A DNA stretch of 16,312 nucleotides from Auanema rhodensis (lineage: Eukaryota; Animalia; Nematoda), in contig OZ059901.1 of the NCBI GenBank assembly GCA_964057225.1, forward strand, positions 1-16,312. The letters are read 5' to 3'. A program made the position numbers and the translations under genes. Below are positions 11,167-16,312 of the stretch, in pieces. How positions within the stretch are numbered: the stretch's first letter is position 1; every line of letters begins with the position of its first letter. Under the pieces are notes generated by a model. That model saw nothing but the letters and a program-made list of their open reading frames with translations, did no database searches and was not told the DNA's origin.

Positions 11167-11307
11167 ATTGATTTATATAAATTTATATCTATTTAGATAT
11201 AAATTTTCTATATAAATTAATCTCCGAAGTTATTCTAGAAGAATAACTGAGGGGTTGGGGTGAAACCCCATATTATTTATATAATATGGGGGCTGAGCCC
11301 CCATATT
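11167..11307. other. Cluster of stem-loops including a GC-rich island; candidate replication or transcription signal
   Basis: Inverted repeats at 11179-11206, 11228-11248, 11256-11270, 11266-11291 and 11283-11307; function is inferred. Confidence 0.7.
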
Positions 11308-11407
11308 TATAATATAACATATATTTATATATTTATATAAATATATATTATATTTTAAATATATATATAATATATATTTATATATGCTATGCATATATAG
11401 ATATATA

Positions 11408-11595
11408 TTATATCAATATTATAATATATATTTATATTTATATAAATATATATTATATTTATATATATATATAATATATATATATTTACAAAAATATATA
11501 TATATTATATAGGTATATATATATATTTATATATATATCAGTATATATACTATATATATACTATGTCTAGTATATATATATGTATAAATACGTAT

Positions 11596-11629
<34 letters not shown>

Positions 11630-11784
11630 TATATATATGTATATATATATATGCATATATAAACAATATAATATATATTTTATAAACAAAATATATATAT
11701 ATATAGTATATATGTATATACATATATATAATATATTATATATATACACTATGTATAGTGTATATATATAATATATATTTAAAT
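11408..11784 (+). repeat. AT-rich ~380-bp direct repeat, copy 2
   Basis: Same landmarks as 10783-11164, with several substitutions and small indels. Confidence 0.93.
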
Positions 11785-11803
11785 GTGTAATATTTATCTA
11801 GTT

Positions 11804-11858
11804 CAGTAAATAGTTTAATTTAAAATATAACGTTTGGGACGTTAAGATTCGTTACTGA
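11804..11858 (+). tRNA. trnP: tRNA-Pro (TGG)
   Basis: Acceptor CAGTAA/TTACTG; arm TAACG-TTTGGGA-CGTTA. Confidence 0.94.
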
Positions 11859-11913
11859 GAATTTTTAGTTTAATTTAGAATAATTCACTTACAATGAATA
11901 GGTTTAAAATTCT
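11859..11913 (+). tRNA. trnV: tRNA-Val (TAC)
   Basis: Acceptor GAATTTT/AAAATTC; arm ATTCA-CTTACAA-TGAAT. Confidence 0.94.
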
Positions 11914-11920
11914 TTTTTTT

Positions 11921-11970
11921 AGAATTTCTAGTTTTTATGACATTTCCTTTGAGAGAGTTTTGAAAATTTT
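11921..11970 (+). pseudogene. Possible degenerate tRNA-like element (trnV-like ends)
   Basis: AGAATTTC..GAAAATTTT terminal stem, TA-GTT..GAC D-like arm, weak anticodon-like arm around CTTTGAG. Confidence 0.35.
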
Positions 11971-12402
11971 ATTTTAAAAATTTTTTTTGTTTTATCAGTT
12001 ATTAGTGGTATTATTAGGTATGTTAATATTGATCCTATAAAGAGAAGATTTTTTCTAATTTTTTCTTTATTATTTAGGATGCCTTTAATATCAATAAGTT
12101 TGCATGTGTGATTTTCTTATTTTGTTTGTCTTTTATTTTTGAGGGGTATTTTTGTTATTTTAGTTTATTTTTCTAGTTTATCTAAGATTAATGTTACTAA
12201 AAGTTATTTTGTAATTATTTGTTTTTTGATATCTCTTTGTATGTTTCCTTTATTTATTTTTAAAGGTGATTATTTAAATTTAAGGGGTTTTTATTATAGT
12301 GTTTATTGATTAGTTTTTGTTTATATTTTGGGTATTTTGATTTTCTTTATAAATTTTAGTAGTTATTTCTTGAATTTTTCTGGTGCTTTACGTAAAGTTT
12401 AA
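11971..12402 (+). CDS. nad6: NADH dehydrogenase subunit 6
   Basis: ATT..TAA, 432 bp; NIDPMKSSFFLIFSL, WFSYFVCLLFLSGIFVILVYFSSLS and terminal SGALRKV. Confidence 0.95.
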
Positions 12403-12404
12403 TA

Positions 12405-12638
12405 ATTATTTTTTTGTTTGTTAGATTATTTATATTATTTTTTAAGTGACAACGTTTAATTTTTATTTTAATTTCTTTAGAATTTTTAATATTAAGTTTA
12501 TTTTTGAATTTTTCTACAGTTTTAACTGAGATGATGTTTTTTTATTTTATGTGTTTTTCAGTCGTATCTAGAATTTTAGGTATAATTGTTATAGTAGGTA
12601 ATATGAAATTTTATGGTAATGATTATTGTATTTTTTAA
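12405..12638 (+). CDS. nad4L: NADH dehydrogenase subunit 4L
   Basis: ATT..TAA, 234 bp; [14 protein letters not shown] and [13 protein letters not shown]. Confidence 0.95.
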
Positions 12639-12643
12639 TATAG

Positions 12644-12700
12644 ACAGATATAAGTTAAGTTTAAACTATTGATCTTCAAAATCAAAAATTTTATTCTGTA
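12644..12700 (+). tRNA. trnW: tRNA-Trp (TCA)
   Basis: Arm TTGAT-CTTCAAA-ATCAA; acceptor ACAGA/TCTGT; the UCA anticodon agrees with TGA=Trp. Confidence 0.94.
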
Positions 12701-12705
12701 TATAT

Positions 12706-12761
12706 GAGATAATAGTATAATTAAGTATTTTTCTTTTTCGCAGAAAAGGTTATTTATCTTA
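12706..12761 (+). tRNA. trnE: tRNA-Glu (TTC)
   Basis: Acceptor GAGATAA/TTATCTT; arm TTTCT-TTTTCGC-AGAAA. Confidence 0.93.
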
Positions 12762-13459
12762 TGAAGTATTCTTTTATGGATTTAAAATTTGATCATGGTT
12801 TGTAATGATTTAAAATGATATTATCTAATTTTGATTTATTAAGTAGGCAATAAAAATTTACCTCGGCAATTAATCGCTTGTATAACACTTGTTCCAGAAT
12901 AATCGGCTAGACTTGTTGAAGCTTGTACTTTAATTGATTTCAATTATAAAATGTTTATTATTACTTGAAAAGTTTTAGGTAAAATTAGAACTTTTTTAAA
13001 TTAATTTTTATAATTTTAAATTTTGGTGAACGAATTAGATTAGTACCTAATTAGACAAAAATTAAAAGAGCAGGAGTAAAGTTGTATTTAAACTGTAAGG
13101 ATATTGGCAGACTTTCTAAATTATCTTTGGAGGATGAGTAATAATTGAGAACCCTCATTAACTACTTAATCTTTAGACTCATGTATGATCGTTTATTTTA
13201 TTCTTAAGGATTATAATTATAAATTTTTAATTTATTAAAATAGATATATACCTGGTTTATGATAAAAGTAACATTTGTCCTACAATATTTTATAATTTGG
13301 ATAATAAACTTAGTAGTTTATTTGAAATTGTAAAAGACAGTAAAAGATTTTTTATATATCTTTGAAGAGTATCTAGAAGTGGTACAAATCATCCATCAAT
13401 TGCCCAAAGGGGAGTAAGTTGTAGTAAAGTAGATTTAGGGGAACCTTAATCTAGTAATA
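12762..13459 (+). rRNA. rrnS: Small subunit mitochondrial rRNA (~700 nt; ends set by flanking tRNAs)
   Basis: Between trnE and trnS2; nematode SSU motifs TGTTCCAGAATAATCGGCTAGAC, TAGATTAGTACC, GGTACAAATCATCCATCA and GTAAGTTGTAGTAAAGTAG. Confidence 0.95.
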
Positions 13460-13514
13460 GAACTATAAATGGAAATGTTTTGAAAACATTTTTTGAGTGT
13501 ATTCTCGTAGTTTT
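13460..13514 (+). tRNA. trnS2: tRNA-Ser (TGA, UCN), D-arm-less
   Basis: Acceptor GAACTAT/GTAGTTT; arm AAATGT-TTTGAAA-ACATTT; T-arm GAG..CTC. Confidence 0.9.
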
Positions 13515-13571
13515 TAAGAGTTAGTTTAATTATAGAATTGTTGACTGTTAATCAAAAGGTAATACTCTTAA
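13515..13571 (+). tRNA. trnN: tRNA-Asn (GTT)
   Basis: Acceptor TAAGAGT/ACTCTTA; arm TTGA-CTGTTAA-TCAA. Confidence 0.94.
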
Positions 13572-13576
13572 TTTGT

Positions 13577-13633
13577 AAGAGTTTAGTTTAATTTAAAAAT
13601 ATTAGATTGTAAATCTAAAGTTGTTTACTCTTG
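13577..13633 (+). tRNA. trnY: tRNA-Tyr (GTA)
   Basis: Acceptor AAGAGT/ACTCTT; arm TTAGA-TTGTAAA-TCTAA. Confidence 0.94.
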
Positions 13634-14509
13634 TTGATTCTAATATTAGTTATAGTTATTTTGATAATGATTTTTATTGTTCAGAGTATTGCTTTTATTA
13701 CTTTATTTGAGCGTCATTTATTGGGTAGAAGACAAAATCGTTTGGGTCCTACAAAAGTTACTTTTATAGGTTTAGCTCAAGCTTTATTAGATGGGGTTAA
13801 ATTGTTAAAAAAAGAGCAGATAACACCTTTGAATTCTTCTGAGATTTCTTTTTTATTGGTGCCGGGTATTTCTTTTGTTGTTATATATTTAGAGTGATTT
13901 GTAATTCCTTATTTTTTTGATTTTTTAAGATTTGAATTTGCAGTTTTATTTTTTTTATGTTTAATTGGTTTTGCTGTTTATACTACTTTAATTAGTGGTA
14001 TTGTAAGGAAGTCTAAATATGGTATAATTGGTGCTATTCGTGCTAGAAGACAGAGAATTTCATATGAAATTGCTTTTTCTTTATATGTATTATGTATTAT
14101 TATTCATAATAATGTATTTAATTTTGTTCCAAAATTTAGTTTAAGATTATTAGTTATTTATATTCCTTTTTTGATTATAATTATTGCTGAGTTAAATCGT
14201 GCACCTTTTGATTTTTCTGAAGGTGAAAGTGAATTAGTTAGTGGTTATAATGTTGAATTTGCTAGTGTAGCATTCGTATTATTATTTTTAAGAGAATATG
14301 GAAGATTAATTTTTTTTAGTGTTTTATCTTCAGTGATATTTTTTAATTTTTCTATTTTTATAAGTTTTTTTATTTTCTCATTATTGATTTTTATTCGTAG
14401 TTCATATCCTCGTTATCGTTATGATTTGATAATGAGTTTATTTTGATTTAAATTGTTACCTATTTCTTTAATTTTTTTAGGTTATTATGCTGTTTTATTT
14501 TATTATTAA
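13634..14509 (+). CDS. nad1: NADH dehydrogenase subunit 1
   Basis: TTG..TAA, 876 bp; [37 protein letters not shown] and [10 protein letters not shown] motifs. Confidence 0.97.
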
Positions 14510-15104
14510 TCAAGTATATTTTTTAGATATTTTTATGTTTATTTTTGTTTTACAATATTTATTTTATTTTAAAGAAGGTATGTTAAATACTTTAGCTAAG
14601 AAATTTTTAGGTAGATTAGTAGGTGTTTTTAGATATTCTAGAAGATTACCTTTAAGATCTGTAATTTCTATTTTTACTTTTATTATTTTATTAACTTGTT
14701 GTTTTGGTGGTTATTTCACTTATTCTTTTTGTCCTTGTGGTATAGTAGAGTTTACTTTTGTTTATGCTGCTGTAGCTTGAATAAGAACTTTATTAACTTT
14801 TATTTCTAGAGAAAAATTCTCTATTTATATAAGAAAAGATGGTGATAGATTTTTGAAGACATTTAGAATGTTAATGGTTGAGATTGTAAGAGAATTCTCT
14901 CGTCCTTTAGCTTTAACAGTTCGTTTAACAGTAAATATTATAGTTGGTCATTTAATTAGAATGTCATTATATAGAGCTTTAGAATTATCTTTAGGTGATT
15001 TCTATGTATGATTATCAATTTTTGCTATTATAATAGAGTGTTTTGTTTTCTTTATTCAAAGATATATTTTTTCTCGTTTAATTTATTTATATTTAAATGA
15101 GTAA
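14505..15104 (+). CDS. atp6: ATP synthase F0 subunit 6
   Basis: ATT (5-nt overlap with nad1)..TAA, 600 bp; starts NQVYFLD; [18 protein letters not shown] motif. Confidence 0.96.
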
Positions 15105-15113
15105 TTTAATAAA

Positions 15114-15176
15114 GAGATGTTAACTTAAGTATAAAGTGCCAAACTTTTAATTTGGAAATGGTTTTACCACATTTCA
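15114..15176 (+). tRNA. trnK: tRNA-Lys (TTT)
   Basis: Acceptor GAGATGT/ACATTTC; arm CCAAA-CTTTTAA-TTTGG. Confidence 0.95.
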
Positions 15177-15231
15177 GTTGATATAGCATAAGAAGTGCAT
15201 TTGTTTTAAGCGCAAAAGATACAAGTCAACT
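15177..15231 (+). tRNA. trnL2: tRNA-Leu (TAA, UUR)
   Basis: Acceptor GTTGAT/GTCAAC; arm TTTGT-TTTAAGC-GCAAA. Confidence 0.94.
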
Positions 15232-15284
15232 GATGGGTTTACACAAGTCTTCTAAACTTGTTACAGGTTTATACCTACTCATTT
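15232..15284 (+). tRNA. trnS1: tRNA-Ser (TCT, AGN), D-arm-less
   Basis: Acceptor GATGGGT/ACTCATT; arm CAAGT-CTTCTAA-ACTTG; T-arm AGGT-TTAT-ACCT. Confidence 0.93.
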
Positions 15285-16130
15285 TTGATTATGATTTTAA
15301 TAGGATTTACTTTTTTTTTAACTTTTTTAGGTTTATTAGTTAATAATTTAATTGTTTGATGAAGAATTTTCTTATTAATAACTATTGTTTTTATTCTTTT
15401 GAATAAAAGTAATAAAAGATATAGAAGAATTTTTAATTATTTTGTGATTCAGGAAAGATTAGGATTAATCTTCTTAGTTTTTTCTAGTGGTGTTATACAG
15501 TTTTTTGTTATTTTAATAAAGATTGGTGTAGCTCCATTACACTTTTGAATTTTTAATGTAACTAATAATATTGTTAATTATGGTTTAATGTGATTTTTAA
15601 CATTTCAAAAATTACCATTTTTAGTAATTTTATTACAGTTGTTTTGATTTTCTTCTTTTTATTTGTTGTTGTTGGGTTTATTAGTTTGTTATTTACAAAT
15701 GTTTGTTATGAAGAATTATAAAAATTTATTAATTATTTCTTCTACGGAATCTTTTAATTGAATTATTTTAGGTGTATTCTTTTCATTTTTAAATTCTTTA
15801 TATTTATTTATTTATTATTTTATTTTAATAGTAATATTAATTAATAAATTTTCTAAGCATAGATATAATTTTGTAAGGTGGGAGACTGTTTTGGTATTTT
15901 TAAATATTCCATTTAGAGTTTCTTTCTTTGTTAAGATTTTTTCTTTAAGAGAGATTTTAAAATTTGATAGATTTGGTACTTTATTTTTATTATTTATTAT
16001 ATTCTTATCTGTTTTATCTTTTAGTTTTTGATTAATTAATATTAGTATGAAGAATAATACTAATGGTCAGGTAAATAATAAATTTATATTTTTTATTATT
16101 ATACCTTTAATATTGATTTCTATTATTTAA
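15285..16130 (+). CDS. nad2: NADH dehydrogenase subunit 2
   Basis: TTG..TAA, 846 bp; [22 protein letters not shown] and [10 protein letters not shown] motifs. Confidence 0.96.
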
Positions 16131-16194
16131 ACTTTTCTAGTAAAATATTATTATATTATCTTGATAAGGTAAAGTTCCCGTGTGGGGAGAAGTA
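16131..16194 (+). tRNA. trnI: tRNA-Ile (GAT)
   Basis: Acceptor ACTTTTC/GAGAAGT; arm TTATC-TTGATAA-GGTAA. Confidence 0.95.
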
Positions 16195-16248
16195 AGATGA
16201 TAAATAGATATACTATGTTTGGTTACGGTCCAAAAAGAAATACATCTT
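16195..16248 (+). tRNA. trnR: tRNA-Arg (ACG)
   Basis: Acceptor AGATG/CATCT; arm TTTGG-TTACGGT-CCAAA; the ACG anticodon is typical of nematode mitochondria. Confidence 0.93.
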
Positions 16249-16304
16249 TGTAATTTAGTTTAGTTAGAATACCTGTTTTTGGTGCAGGAGGGATTTAGTT
16301 ACAG
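16249..16304 (+). tRNA. trnQ: tRNA-Gln (TTG)
   Basis: Acceptor TGTAATT/AGTTACA; arm CCTGT-TTTTGGT-GCAGG. Confidence 0.94.
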
Positions 16305-16312
16305 TTTTTATA

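Noticed and set aside
16171-16186. Mini stem CCC-GTGT-GGG in the trnI TV-replacement region (similarly GGT-TTT-ACC in trnK)
   Set aside because: Longer TV loops with short stems in trnI, trnK and trnM are common in rhabditid mitochondria.

Overview
The window is essentially one complete circular nematode mitochondrial genome (chromadorean, Rhabditida-type). It reads in the invertebrate mitochondrial code (TGA=Trp, AGR=Ser, ATA=Met), which is why the supplied ORF track is fragmented. It carries 12 protein genes (no atp8 found), 22 truncated tRNAs and 2 rRNAs, all on the + strand, in the Caenorhabditis elegans-type order: F-cob-L1-cox3-T-nad4-[short NCR]-cox1-C-M-D-G-cox2-H-rrnL-nad3-nad5-A-[long NCR]-P-V-nad6-nad4L-W-E-rrnS-S2-N-Y-nad1-atp6-K-L2-S1-nad2-I-R-Q. 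trnF spans the circle junction. The species cannot be determined from sequence reading alone. The unusual content is non-coding. (i) 238 bp covering most of the nad4-cox1 spacer plus the first cox1 codons recurs at 235/238 identity 6809 bp away in the long NCR. (ii) The 5' half of that element, a predicted multi-stem structure, is amplified as a ~205-bp tandem array with six cores. (iii) A GC-rich cluster of overlapping hairpins sits between two ~380-bp AT-rich direct repeats. (iv) An extra tRNA-like spacer lies between trnV and nad6. In addition, ND3 has Ser in place of the conserved FECGF cysteine. All secondary structures were folded by eye, not computed.
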